Shown here piece after piece: positions 13,350 through 27,700 of a DNA stretch of 64,000 nucleotides. Under the pieces are notes generated by a model. The model searched no databases. It saw nothing but the letters and a program-made list of their open reading frames with translations, and had not been told where the DNA came from. The stretch is from Eledone cirrhosa (taxonomy: Eukaryota), in the NCBI GenBank assembly GCA_964016885.1, contig OZ024742.1, forward strand, positions 235,538,001 through 235,602,000, written 5' to 3'. Every line of letters begins with the position of its first letter. Positions within the stretch are counted from its first letter, which is position 1. A program made the position numbers and the translations under genes.

Positions 13350-16300
13350 GAACTATTGTAGTTGAAAGGTGACTGTATCAGAACTATTGTAGTAGAAAGG
13401 TGACTGTATCAGAACTAATGTAGTTGAAAGGTGCCTGTATAAGAACTAATGTAGTTGAAAGGTGACTGTATCAGAACTATTGTAGTAGAAACGTGACTGT
13501 ATCAGAACTATTGTAGTGGAAAGGTGACTGTATCAGAACTAATGTAGTTGAAAGGTGACTGTATCAGAACTATTGTAGTTGAAAGGTGACTGTATCAGAA
13601 CTATTGTAGTAGAAAGGTGACTGTATCAGAACCATTGTAGTTGAAAGGTGACTGTATCAGAACTATTGTAGTGGAAAGGTGACTGTCTCAGAACTATTGT
13701 AGTAGAAAGGTGACTGTATCAGAACTATTGTAGTTGAAAGGTGACTGTATCAGAACTATTGTAGTGGAAAGGTGACTGTATCAGAACTATTGTAGTAGAA
13801 AGGTGACTGTATCAGAACTATTGTAGTAGAAAGGTGACTGTATCAGAACTATTGTAGTGGAAAGGTGACTGTATCAGAACTAATGTAGTTGAAAGGTGAC
13901 TGTATCAGAACTATTGTAGTTGAAAGGTGACTGTATCAGAACTATTGTAGTAGAAAGGTGACTGTATCAGAACTATTGTTGTTGAAAGGTGACTGTATCA
14001 GAACTATTGTAGTGGAAAGGTGACTGTATCAGAACTAATGTAGTTGAAAGGTGACTGTATCAGAACTATTGTAGTTGAAAGGTGACTGCATCCGAAATAT
14101 TGTAGTTGAAAGTTGACTGTATCCGAAGTATTGTAGTTGAAAGGTGACTGTATCAGAACTATTGTGAGATGGAAGGTGACTGTATCAGAACTATTGTAGT
14201 TGAAAGGTGTCTGTATCTAAACTATTGTAGTTGAAAGGTGACTGTATCAGAACTATTGTAGTAGAAAGGTGACTGTATCAGAACTATTGTCGTTGAAAGG
14301 TGACTGTATCAGAACTATTGTAGTTGAAAGGTGACTGTATCCGAAGTATAGTAGTTGAAAGGTGACTGTATCAGAACTATTGTAGTTGAAAGGTGACTGT
14401 ATCATAACTATTGTATTTGAAAAATGACTGTATCAGAACTATCGTAGTTGAAAGGTGACTGTATCAGAACTATTGTAGTAGAAAGGTGACTGTATCAGAA
14501 CCATTGTAGTTGAAAGGTGACTGTATAAGAACTATTGTAGTTGAAAGGTGACTGTATGAGAACTATTGTAGTAGAAAGGTGACTGTATCCGAAGTATAGT
14601 AGTGGAAAGGTGACTGTATCAGAACTTTTGTAGTTGAAATGTGACTGTATCAGAATTAATGAAGTGGAAAGGTGACTGTATCAGAACTATTGTAGTTGAA
14701 AGGTGACTGTATCAGAACTATTGTAGTTGAAAGGTGACTGTATCAGAACTATTGTAGTAGAAAGGTGACTGTATCAGAACTAATGTAATTGAAATGTGAC
14801 TGTATCTGAACTATTGTAGTTGAAAGGTGACTGTATCCGAAGTATAGTAGTTGAAAGGTGACTGTATCAGAACTAATGTAGTTGAAATGTGACTGTATCA
14901 GAACTATTGTAGTCCAAAGGTGACTGTATCAGAAATATTGTAGTTGAAAGGTGACTGTATCAGAACTATTGTAGTTGAAAGGTGACTGCATCACAACTAT
15001 TGTAGTAGAAAGGTGACTGTATCAGAACTAATGTAGTTGAAAGATGACTGTATAAGAACTATTGTAGTTGAAAGGTGACTGTATCAGAACTAATGTAGTT
15101 GGAATGTGACCGTATCAGAACTATTGTAGTTGAAAGGTGACTTTATCAGAACTATTGTAGTTGAAAGGTGACTGCATCAGAACTATTGTAGTAGAAAGGT
15201 GACTGTATCAGAACTAATGTAGTTGAAAGATGACTGTATCAGAACTATTGTATTTGAAAGGTGACTGTATCAGAACTATTGTGAGATGGAAGGTGACTGT
15301 ATCAGAACTATTGTAGTGGAAAAGTGACTGTATCAGAACTATTGTAGTAGAAAGGTGACTGTATCAGAGAACTATTGTAGTTGAAAGGTGACTGTATCAG
15401 AACTATTGTAGTTGAAAGGTGACAGTATCAGAACTATTGTAGTGGAAAGGTGACATTATCAGAACTATTGTAGTTGAAAGGTGACTGTATCAGAACTAAT
15501 GTAGTTGATAGGTGAGTATCAGAACTATTGTAGTGGAAAGGTGACTGTATCAGAACTAATGTAGTTGAAAGGTGACTGTATCAGAACTATTGTAGTTGAA
15601 AGGTGACTGTATCAGAAGTATAGTAGTTGAAAGGTGACTGTATCCGAAGTATCGTAGTTGAAAGGTGACTGTATCAGAACCAATGTAGTTGAAAGGTGAC
15701 TGTATCAGAGCTATTGTAGTTGAAAGGTGACTGTATCAGAACTATTGTAGTAGAAAGGTGACTGTATCAGAACCATTGTAGTTGAAAGGTGACTGTATCA
15801 GAACTATTGTAGTGGAAAGGTGACTGTATCAGAACTATTGTAGTTGAAAGGTGACTGTATCATAACTATTGTAGTTGAAAGGTGACTGTATCAGAACTAT
15901 CGTAGTTGAAAGGTGACTGTATCAGAACTATTGTAGTAGAAAGGTGACTGTATCAGAACTATTGTAGTTGAAAGGTGACTGTATTAGAACCATTGTAGTT
16001 GAAAGGTGACTGTATCAGAACTATTGTAGTTAAAAGGTGACTGTATCCGAAGTATAGTAGTTGAAAGGTGACTGTATCAGAACTATTGTAGTAGAAAGGT
16101 GACTGTATCAGAACTAATGTAGTTGAAAGGTGCCTGTATAAGAACTAATGTAGTTGAAAGGTGACTGTATCAGAACTATTGTAGTAGAAACGTGACTGTA
16201 TCAGAACTATTGTAGTGGAAAGGTGACTGTATCAGAACTAATGTAGTTGAAAGGTGACTGTATCAGAACTATTGTAGTTGAAAGGTGACTGTATCAGAAC

Positions 16301-17520
16301 TATTGTAGTAGAAAGGTGACTGTATCAGAACCATTGTAGATGAAAGGTGACTGTATCAGAACTATTGTAGTGGAAAGGTGACTGTCTCAGAACTATTGTA
16401 GTAGAAAGGTGACTGTATCAGAACTATTGTAGTTGAAAGGTGACTGTATCAGAACTATTGTAGTGGAAAGGTGACTGTATCAGAACTATTGTAGTAGAAA
16501 GGTGACTGTATCAGAACTATTGTAGTAGAAAGGTGACTGTATCAGAACTATTGTAGTGGAAAGGTGACTGTATCAGAACTAATGTAGTTGAAAGGTGACT
16601 GTATCAGAACTATTGTAGTTGAAAGGTGACTGTATCAGAACTATTGTAGTAGAAAGGTGACTGTATCAGAACTATTGTAGTTGAAAGGTGACTGTATCAG
16701 AACTATTGTAGTGGAAAGGTGACTGTATCAGAACTAATGTAGTTGAAAGGTGACTGTATCAGAACTATTGTAGTTGAAAGGTGACTGCATCCGAAATATT
16801 GTAGTTGAAAGTTGACTGTATCCGAAGTATTGTAGTTGAAAGGTGACTGTATCAGAACTATTGTGAGATGGAAGGTGACTGTATCAGAACTATTGTAGTT
16901 GAAAGGTGTCTGTATCTAAACTATTGTAGTTGAAAGGTGACTGTATCAGAACTATTGTAGTAGAAAGGTGACTGTATCAGAACTATTGTAGTTGAAAGGT
17001 GACTGTATCAGAACTATTGTAGTTGAAAGGTGACTGTATCCGAAGTATAGTAGTTGAAAGGTGACTGTATCAGAACTATTGTAGTTGAAAGGTGACTGTA
17101 TCATAACTATTGTATTTGAAAAATGACTGTATCAGAACTATCGTAGTTGAAAGGTGACTGTATCAGAACTATTGTAGTAGAAAGGTGACTGTATCAGAAC
17201 CATTGTAGTTGAAAGGTGACTGTATAAGAACTATTGTAGTTGAAAGGTGACTGTATGAGAACTATTGTAGTAGAAAGGTGACTGTATCCGAAGTATAGTA
17301 GTGGAAAGGTGACTGTATCAGAACTTTTGTAGTTGAAATGTGACTGTATCAGAATTAATGAAGTGGAAAGGTGACTGTATCAGAACTATTGTAGTTGAAA
17401 GGTGACTGTATCAGAACTATTGTAGTTGAAAGGTGACTGTATCAGAACTATTGTAGTAGAAAGGTGACTGTATCAGAACTAATGTAATTGAAATGTGACT
17501 GTATCTGAACTATTGTAGTT
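13350..17520 (+). repeat. Type-A higher-order repeat, 2,699-bp period (87 monomers, two of them 32 bp), about 1.5 copies
   Basis: GTGTCTGTATCTAAAC marker (TCTAA at 14216 and 16915). GTGCCTGTATAAG, GACTGTCTCAG, GTATTTGAAAAATG and GAACTTTTG recur in the same order at the same offset. Confidence 0.8.
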
Positions 17521-17959
17521 GAAAGGTGACTGTATCAGAACTAATGTAGTTGAAAGATGACTGTATAAGAACTATTGTAGTTGAAAGGTGACTGTATCAG
17601 AACTAATGTAGTTGGAATGTGACCGTATCAGAACTATTGTAGTTGAAAGGTGACTTTATCAGAACTATTGTAGTTGAAAGGTGACTGTATCAGAACTATT
17701 GTAGTTGAAAGGTGACTGTATGAGAACTATTGTAGTAGAAAGGTGACTGTATCAGAACTAATGTAGTTGAAAGATGACTGTATCAGAACTATTGTAGTTG
17801 AAAGGTGACTGTATCAGAACTATTGTGAGCTGGAAGGTGACTGTATCAGAACTATTGTAATGGAAAGGTGACTGTATCAGAACTATTGTAGTAGAAAGGT
17901 GACTGTATCAGAACTATTGTAGTTGAAAGGTGACTGTATCAGAACTATTGTAGTGGAAA

Positions 17960-20900
17960 GGTGACATTATCAGAACTATTGTAGTTGAAAGGTGACTGTA
18001 TCAGAACTAATGTAGTTGATAGGTGAGTGTATCAGAACTATTGTAGTGGAAAGGTGACTGTATCAGAACTAATGTAGTTGAAAGGTGACTGTATCAGAAC
18101 TATTGTAGTTGAAAGGTGACTGTATCAGAAGTATAGTAGTTGAAAGGTGACTGTATCCGAAGTATCGTAGTTGAAAGGTGACTGTATCAGAAACAATGTA
18201 GTTGAAAGGTGACTGTATCAGAGCTATTGTAGTTGAAAGGTGACTGTATCAGAACTATTGTAGTAGAAAGGTGACTGTATCAGAACCATTGTAGTTGAAA
18301 GGTGACTGTATCAGAACTATTGTAGTGGAAAGGTGACTGTATCAGAACTATTGTAGTTGAAAGGTGACTGTATCAGAACTAATGTAGTTGAAAGGTGACT
18401 GTATCAGAACTATTGTGAGATGGAAGGTGACTGTATCAGAACTATTGTAGTGGAAAGGTGACTTTATAAGAACTATTGTAGTTGAAAGGTGACTGTATCA
18501 GAGCTAACGTAGTTGAAAGGTGACTGTATCAGAACTATTGTAGTTGAAAGGTGACTGTATCAGAACTATTGTAGTTGAAAGGTGACTGTATCAGAACTAT
18601 TGTCGTAGAAAGGTGACTGTATCAGAACTAATGTAGTTGAAAGGTGACTGTATCAGAACTATTGTAGTTGAAAGGTGACTGTATCAGAACTATTGTAGTA
18701 GAAAGGTGACTGTATCAGAACGATTGTAGTTGAAAGGTGACTGTATCAGAACTATTGTAGTGGAATGGTGACTGTATCAGAACTATTGTAGTTGAAAGGT
18801 GACTGTATCAGAACTATTGTAGTTGAAAGGTGAGTGTATCAGAACTAATGTAGTTGAAAGGTGACTGTATAAGAACTAATGTAGTTGAAAGGTGACTGTA
18901 TCAGAACTATTGTAGTAGAAAGGTGAATGTATCAGAACTATTGTAGTGGAAAGGTGACTGTATCAGACTAATGTAGTTAAAAGGTGACTGTATCAGAACT
19001 ATTGTAGTTGAAAGGTGACTGTATCAGAACTATTGTAGTAGAAAGGTGACTGTATCAGAACTATTGTAGTTGAAAGGTGACTGTATCAGAACTATTATAG
19101 TGGAAATGTGACTGTATCAGAACTAATGTAGTTGAAAGGTGACTGTATCAGAACTATTGTAGTTGAAAGGTGACTGCATCCGAAATATTGTAGTTGAAAG
19201 TTGACTGTATCCGAAGTATTGTAGTTGAAAGGTGACTGTATCAGAACTATTGTGAGATGGAAGGTGACTGTATCAGAACTATTGTAGTTGAAACGTGTCT
19301 GTATCTGAACTATTGTAGTTGAAAGGTGACTGTATCAGAACTATTGTAGTAGAAAGGTGACTGTATCAGAACTATTGTAGTTGAAAGGTGACTGTATCAG
19401 AACTATTGTAGTTGAAAGGTGACTGTATCCGAAGTATAGTAGTTGAAAGGTGACTGTATCAGAACTATTGTAGTTGAAAGGTGACTGTATCATAACTACT
19501 GTATTTGAAAAATGACTGTATCAGAACTATCGTAGTTGAAAGGTGACTGTATCAGAACTATTGTAGTAGAAAGGTGACTGTATCAGAACCATTGTAGTTG
19601 AAAGGTGACTGTATAAGAACTATTGTAGTTGAAAGGTGACTGTATGAGAACTATTGTAGTAGAAAGGTGACTGTATCCGAAGTATAGTAGTGGAAAGGTG
19701 ACTGTATCAGAACTTTTGTAGTTGAAATGTGACTGTATCAGAATTAATGAAGTGGAAAGGTGACTGTATCAGAACTATTGTAGTTGAAAGGTGACTGTAT
19801 CAGAACTATTGTAGTTGAAAGGTGACTGTATCAGAACTATTGTAGTAGAAAGGTGACTGTATCAGAACCAATGTAATTGAAATGTGACTGTATCTGAACT
19901 ATTGTAGTTGAAAGGTGACTATATCCGAAGTATAGAAGTTGAAAGGTGACTGTATCAGAACTAATGTAGTTGAAATGTGACTGTATCAGAACTATTGTAG
20001 TCCAAAGGTGACTGTATCAGAACTATTGTAGTTGAAAGGTGACTGTATCAGAACTATTGTAGTTGAAAGGTGACTGCATCACAAATATTGTAGTAGAAAG
20101 GTGACTGTATCAGAACTATTGTAGTTGAAAGGTGACTGTATCAGAACTAATGTAGTTGAAAGATGACTGTATAAGAACTATCGTAGTTGAAAGGTGACTG
20201 TATCAGAACTAATGTAGTTGGAATGTGACCGTATCAGAACTATTGTAGTTGAAAGGTGACTTTATCAGAACTATTGTAGTTGAAAGGTGACTGCATCAGA
20301 ACTATTGTAGTTGAAAGGTGACTGTATCAGAACTATTGTGAGATGGAAGGTGACTGTATCAGAACTATTGTAATGGAAAGGTGACTGTATCAGAACTATT
20401 GTAGTAGAAAGGTGACTGTATCAGAACTATTGTAGTTGAAAGGTGACTGTATCAGAACTATTGTAGTTGAAAGGTGACTGTATCAGAACTATTGTAGTGG
20501 AAAGGTGACATTATCAGAACTATTGTAGTTGAAAGGTGACTGTATCACAACTAATGTAGTTGATAGGTGAGTGTATCAGAACTATTGTAGTGGAAAGGTG
20601 ACTGTATCAGAACTAATGTAGTTGAAAGGTGACTGTATCAGAACTATTGTAGTTGAAAGGTGACTGTATCAGAAGTATAGTAGTTGAAAGGTGACTGTAT
20701 CCCAAGTATCGTAGTTGAAAGGTGACTGTATCAGAAACAATGTAGTTGAAAGGTGACTGTATCAGAGCTATTGTAGTTGAAAGGTGACTGTATCAGAACT
20801 ATTGTACTAGAAAGGTGACTGTATCAGAACCATTGTAGTTGAAAGGTGACTGTATCAGAACTATTGTAGTGGAAAGGTGACTGTATCAGAACTATTGTAG

Positions 20901-23800
20901 TTGAAAGGTGACATTATCAGAACTATTGTAGTTGAAAGGTGACTGTATCAGAACTAATGTAGTTGATAGGTGAGTGTATCAGAACTATTGTAGTGGAAAG
21001 GTGACTGTATCAGAACTAATGTAGTTGAAAGGTGACTGTATCAGAACTATTGTAGTTGAAAGGTGACTGTATCAGAAGTATAGTAGTTGAAAGGTGACTG
21101 TATCCGAAGTATCGTAGTTGAAAGGTGACTGTATCAGAAACAATGTAGTTGAAAGGTGACTGTATCAGAGCTATTGTAGTTGAAAGGTGACTGTATCAGA
21201 ACTATTGTAGTAGAAAGGTGACTGTATCAGAACCATTGTAGTTGAAAGGTGACTGTATCAGAACTATTGTAGTGGAAAGGTGACTGTATCAGAACTATTG
21301 TAGTTGAAAGGTGACTGTATCAGAACTAATGTAGTTGAAAGGTGACTGTATCAGAACTATTGTGAGATGGAAGGTGACTGTATCAGAACTATTGTAGTGG
21401 AAAGGTGACTTTATAAGAACTATTGTAGTTGAAAGGTGACTGTATCAGAGCTAACGTAGTTGAAAGGTGACTGTATCAGAACTATTGTAGTTGAAAGGTG
21501 ACTGTATCAGAACTATTGTAGTTGAAAGGTGACTGTATCAGAACTATTGTCGTAGAAAGGTGACTGTATCAGAACTAATGTAGTTGAAAGGTGACTGTAT
21601 CAGAACTATTGTAGTTGAAAGGTGACTGTATCAGAACTATTGTAGTAGAAAGGTGACTGTATCAGAACGATTGTAGTTGAAAGGTGACTGTATCAGAACT
21701 ATTGTAGTGGAATGGTGACTGTATCAGAACTATTGTAGTTGAAAGGTGACTGTATCAGAACTATTGTAGTTGAAAGGTGAGTGTATCAGAACTAATGTAG
21801 TTGAAAGGTGACTGTATAAGAACTAATGTAGTTGAAAGGTGACTGTATCAGAACTATTGTAGTAGAAAGGTGAATGTATCAGAACTATTGTAGTGGAAAG
21901 GTGACTGTATCAGACTAATGTAGTTGAAAGGTGACTGTATCAGAACTATTGTAGTTGAAAGGTGACTGTATCAGAACTATTGTAGTAGAAAGGTGACTGT
22001 ATCAGAACTATTGTAGTTGAAAGGTGACTGTATCAGAACTATTATAGTGGAAATGTGACTGTATCAGAACTATTGTAGTTGAAAGGTGACTGCATCCGAA
22101 ATATTGTAGTTGAAAGTTGACTGTATCCGAAGTATTGTAGTTGAAAGGTGACTGTATCAGAACTATTGTGAGATGGAAGGTGACTGTATCAGAACTATTG
22201 TAGTTGAAACGTGTCTGTATCTGAACTATTGTAGTTGAAAGGTGACTGTATCAGAACTATTGTAGTAGAAAGGTGACTGTATCAGAACTATTGTAGTTGA
22301 AAGGTGACTGTATCAGAACTATTGTAGTTGAAAGGTGACTGTATCCGAAGTATAGTAGTTGAAAGGTGACTGTATCAGAACTATTGTAGTTGAAAGGTGA
22401 CTGTATCATAACTACTGTATTTGAAAAATGACTGTATCAGAACTATCGTAGTTGAAAGGTGACTGTATCAGAACTATTGTAGTAGAAAGGTGACTGTATC
22501 AGAACCATTGTAGTTGAAAGGTGACTGTATAAGAACTATTGTAGTTGAAAGGTGACTGTATGAGAACTATTGTAGTAGAAAGGTGACTGTATCCGAAGTA
22601 TAGTAGTGGAAAGGTGACTGTATCAGAACTTTTGTAGTTGAAATGTGACTGTATCAGAATTAATGAAGTGGAAAGGTGACTGTATCAGAACTATTGTAGT
22701 TGAAAGGTGACTGTATCAGAACTATTGTAGTTGAAAGGTGACTGTATCAGAACTATTGTAGTAGAAAGGTGACTGTATCAGAACCAATGTAATTGAAATG
22801 TGACTGTATCTGAACTATTGTAGTTGAAAGGTGACTATATCCGAAGTATAGAAGTTGAAAGGTGACTGTATCAGAACTAATGTAGTTGAAATGTGACTGT
22901 ATCAGAACTATTGTAGTCCAAAGGTGACTGTATCAGAACTATTGTAGTTGAAAGGTGACTGTATCAGAACTATTGTAGTTGAAAGGTGACTGCATCACAA
23001 ATATTGTAGTAGAAAGGTGACTGTATCAGAACTATTGTAGTTGAAAGGTGACTGTATCAGAACTAATGTAGTTGAAAGATGACTGTATAAGAACTATCGT
23101 AGTTGAAAGGTGACTGTATCAGAACTAATGTAGTTGGAATGTGACCGTATCAGAACTATTGTAGTTGAAAGGTGACTTTATCAGAACTATTGTAGTTGAA
23201 AGGTGACTGCATCAGAACTATTGTAGTTGAAAGGTGACTGTATCAGAACTATTGTGAGATGGAAGGTGACTGTATCAGAACTATTGTAATGGAAAGGTGA
23301 CTGTATCAGAACTATTGTAGTAGAAAGGTGACTGTATCAGAACTATTGTAGTTGAAAGGTGACTGTATCAGAACTATTGTAGTTGAAAGGTGACTGTATC
23401 AGAACTATTGTAGTGGAAAGGTGACATTATCAGAACTATTGTAGTTGAAAGGTGACTGTATCACAACTAATGTAGTTGATAGGTGAGTGTATCAGAACTA
23501 TTGTAGTGGAAAGGTGACTGTATCAGAACTAATGTAGTTGAAAGGTGACTGTATCAGAACTATTGTAGTTGAAAGGTGACTGTATCAGAAGTATAGTAGT
23601 TGAAAGGTGACTGTATCCCAAGTATCGTAGTTGAAAGGTGACTGTATCAGAAACAATGTAGTTGAAAGGTGACTGTATCAGAGCTATTGTAGTTGAAAGG
23701 TGACTGTATCAGAACTATTGTACTAGAAAGGTGACTGTATCAGAACCATTGTAGTTGAAAGGTGACTGTATCAGAACTATTGTAGTGGAAAGGTGACTGT
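17960..23800 (+). repeat. Tandem duplication of about 2.9 kb (94-95 monomers)
   Basis: Offset of 2,916 for TCCAAAGG (20001/22917), CCCAAGTATCG (about 20701/23617), GTACTAGAA and ACGTGTCTG. Offset of 2,947 for the 1-bp deletion CAGACTAATG (18964/21911), meaning one monomer was lost in copy 2. Confidence 0.82.
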
Positions 23801-24799
23801 ATCAGAACTATTGTAGTTGAAAGTTGACTGTATCAGAACTAATGTAGTTGAAAGGTGACTGTATCAGAACTATTGTGAGATGGAAGGTGACTGTATCAGA
23901 ACTATTGTAGTGGAAAGGTGACTTTATAAGAACTATTGTAGTTGAAAGGTGACTGTATCAGAGCTAACGTAGTTGAAAGGTGACTGTATCAGAACTATTG
24001 TAGTTGAAAGGTGACTGTATCAGAACTATTGTAGTTGAAAGGTGACTGTATCAGAACTATTGTCGTAGAAAGGTGACTGTATCAGAACTAATGTAGTTGA
24101 AAGGTGACTGTATCAGAACTATTGTAGTTGAAAGGTGACTGTATCAGAACTATTGTAGTAGAAAGGTGACTGTATCAGAACCATTGTAGTTGAAAGGTGA
24201 CTGTATCAGAACTATTGTAGTGGAATGGTGACTGTATCAGAACTATTGTAGTAGAAAGGTGACTGTATCAGAACTATTGTAGTTGAAAGGTGACTGTATC
24301 AGAACTATTGTAGTGGAAAGGTGACTGTAGCAGAACTATTGTAGTAGAAAGGTGACTGTATCAGAACTATTGTAGTTGAAAGGTGACTGTATCAGAACTA
24401 TTGTAGTTGAAAGGTGACTGTATCAGAACTATTGTAGTTGAAAGGTGACTGTATCAGAACTATTGTAGTGGAAAGGTGACTGTATCAGAACTATTGTAGT
24501 TGAAAGGTGACTGTATCAGAACTATTGTAGTAGAAAGGTGACTGTATCAGAACTAATGTTGTAGAAAGGTGCCTGTATAAGAATGAATGTAGTTGAAAGG
24601 TGACTGTATCAGAACTATTGTAGTTGAAATGTGACTGTATCAGAATTAATGAAGTGGAAAGGTGACTGTATCAGAACTATTGTAGTTGAAAGGTGACTGT
24701 ATCAGAACTATTGTAGTTGAAAGGTGACTGTATCAGAACTATTGTAGTAGAAAGGTGACTGTATCAGAACTATTGTAGTGGAAAGGTGACTGTATCAGA

Positions 24800-27700
24800 A
24801 CTATTGTAGTTGAAAGGTGACTGTATCAGAACTATTGTAGTAGAAAGGTGACTGTATCAGAACTAATGTAGTTGAAAGGTGCCTGTATAAGAACTAATGT
24901 AGTTGAAAGGTGACTGTATCAGAACTATTGTAGTAGAAACGTGACTGTATCAGAACTATTGTAGTGGAAAGGTGACTGTATCAGAACTAATGTAGTTGAA
25001 AGGTGACTGTATCAGAACTATTGTAGTTGAAAGGTGACTGTATCAGAACTATTGTAGTAGAAAGGTGACTGTATCAGAACCATTGTAGTTGAAAGGTGAC
25101 TGTATCAGAACTATTGTAGTGGAAAGGTGACTGTCTCAGAACTATTGTAGTAGAAAGGTGACTGTATCAGAACTATTGTAGTTGAAAGGTGACTGTATCA
25201 GAACTATTGTAGTGGAAAGGTGACTGTATCAGAACTATTGTAGTAGAAAGGTGACTGTATCAGAACTATTGTAGTAGAAAGGTGACTGTATCAGAACTAT
25301 TGTAGTGGAAAGGTGACTGTATCAGAACTAATGTAGTTGAAAGGTGACTGTATCAGAACTATTGTAGTTGAAAGGTGACTGTATCAGAACTATTGTAGTA
25401 GAAAGGTGACTGTATCAGAACTATTGTAGTTGAAAGGTGACTGTATCAGAACTATTGTAGTGGAAAGGTGACTGTATCAGAACTAATGTAGTTGAAAGGT
25501 GACTGTATCAGAACTATTGTAGTTGAAAGGTGACTGCATCCGAAATATTGTAGTTGAAAGTTGACTGTATCCGAAGTATTGTAGTTGAAAGGTGACTGTA
25601 TCAGAACTATTGTGAGATGGAAGGTGACTGTATCAGAACTATTGTAGTTGAAAGGTGTCTGTATCTAAACTATTGTAGTTGAAAGGTGACTGTATCAGAA
25701 CTATTGTAGTAGAAAGGTGACTGTATCAGAACTATTGTAGTTGAAAGGTGACTGTATCAGAACTATTGTAGTTGAAAGGTGACTGTATCCGAAGTATAGT
25801 AGTTGAAAGGTGACTGTATCAGAACTATTGTAGTTGAAAGGTGACTGTATCATAACTATTGTATTTGAAAAATGACTGTATCAGAACTATCGTAGTTGAA
25901 AGGTGACTGTATCAGAACTATTGTAGTAGAAAGGTGACTGTATCAGAACCATTGTAGTTGAAAGGTGACTGTATAAGAACTATTGTAGTTGAAAGGTGAC
26001 TGTATGAGAACTATTGTAGTAGAAAGGTGACTGTATCCGAAGTATAGTAGTGGAAAGGTGACTGTATCAGAACTTTTGTAGTTGAAATGTGACTGTATCA
26101 GAATTAATGAAGTGGAAAGGTGACTGTATCAGAACTATTGTAGTTGAAAGGTGACTGTATCAGAACTATTGTAGTTGAAAGGTGACTGTATCAGAACTAT
26201 TGTAGTAGAAAGGTGACTGTATCAGAACTAATGTAATTGAAATGTGACTGTATCTGAACTATTGTAGTTGAAAGGTGACTGTATCCGAAGTATAGTAGTT
26301 GAAAGGTGACTGTATCAGAACTAATGTAGTTGAAATGTGACTGTATCAGAACTATTGTAGTCCAAAGGTGACTGTATCAGAACTATTGTAGTTGAAAGGT
26401 GACTGTATCAGAACTATTGTAGTTGAAAGGTGACTGCATCACAACTATTGTAGTAGAAAGGTGACTGTATCAGAACTAATGTAGTTGAAAGATGACTGTA
26501 TAAGAACTATTGTAGTTGAAAGGTGACTGTATCAGAACTAATGTAGTTGGAATGTGACCGTATCAGAACTATTGTAGTTGAAAGGTGACTTTATCAGAAT
26601 TATTGTAGTTGAAAGGTGACTGCATCAGAACTATTGTAGTAGAAAGGTGACTGTATCAGAACTAATGTAGTTGAAAGATGACTGTATCAGAACTATTGTA
26701 TTTGAAAGGTGACTGTATCAGAACTATTGTGAGATGGAAGGTGACTGTATCAGAACTATTGTAGTGGAAAAGTGACTGTATCAGAACTATTGTAGTAGAA
26801 AGGTGACTGTATCAGAGAACTATTGTAGTTGAAAGGTGACTGTATCAGAACTATTGTAGTTGAAAGGTGACTGTATCAGAACTATTGTAGTGGAAAGGTG
26901 ACATTATCAGAACTATTGTAGTTGAAAGGTGACTGTATCAGAACTAATGTAGTTGATAGGTGAGTATCAGAACTATTGTAGTGGAAAGGTGACTGTATCA
27001 GAACTAATGTAGTTGAAAGGTGACTGTATCAGAACTATTGTAGTTGAAAGGTGACTGTATCAGAAGTATAGTAGTTGAAAGGTGACTGTATCCGAAGTAT
27101 CGTAGTTGAAAGGTGACTGTATCAGAACCAATGTAGTTGAAAGGTGACTGTATCAGAGCTATTGTAGTTGAAAGGTGACTGTATCAGAACTATTGTAGTA
27201 GAAAGGTGACTGTATCAGAACCATTGTAGTTGAAAGGTGACTGTATCAGAACTATTGTAGTGGAAAGGTGACTGTATCAGAACTATTGTAGTTGAAAGGT
27301 GACTGTATCATAACTATTGTAGTTGAAAGGTGACTGTATCAGAACTATCGTAGTTGAAAGGTGACTGTATCAGAACTATTGTAGTAGAAAGGTGACTGTA
27401 TCAGAACTATTGTAGTTGAAAGGTGACTGTATTAGAACCATTGTAGTTGAAAGGTGACTGTATCAGAACTATTGTAGTTAAAAGGTGACTGTATCCGAAG
27501 TATAGTAGTTGAAAGGTGACTGTATCAGAACTATTGTTGTAGAAAGGTGACTGTATCAGAACTAATGTAGTTGAAAGGTGCCTGTATAAGAACTAATGTA
27601 GTTGAAAGGTGACTGTATCAGAACTATTGTAGTAGAAACGTGACTGTATCAGAACTATTGTAGTGGAAAGGTGACTGTATCAGAACTAATGTAGTTGAAA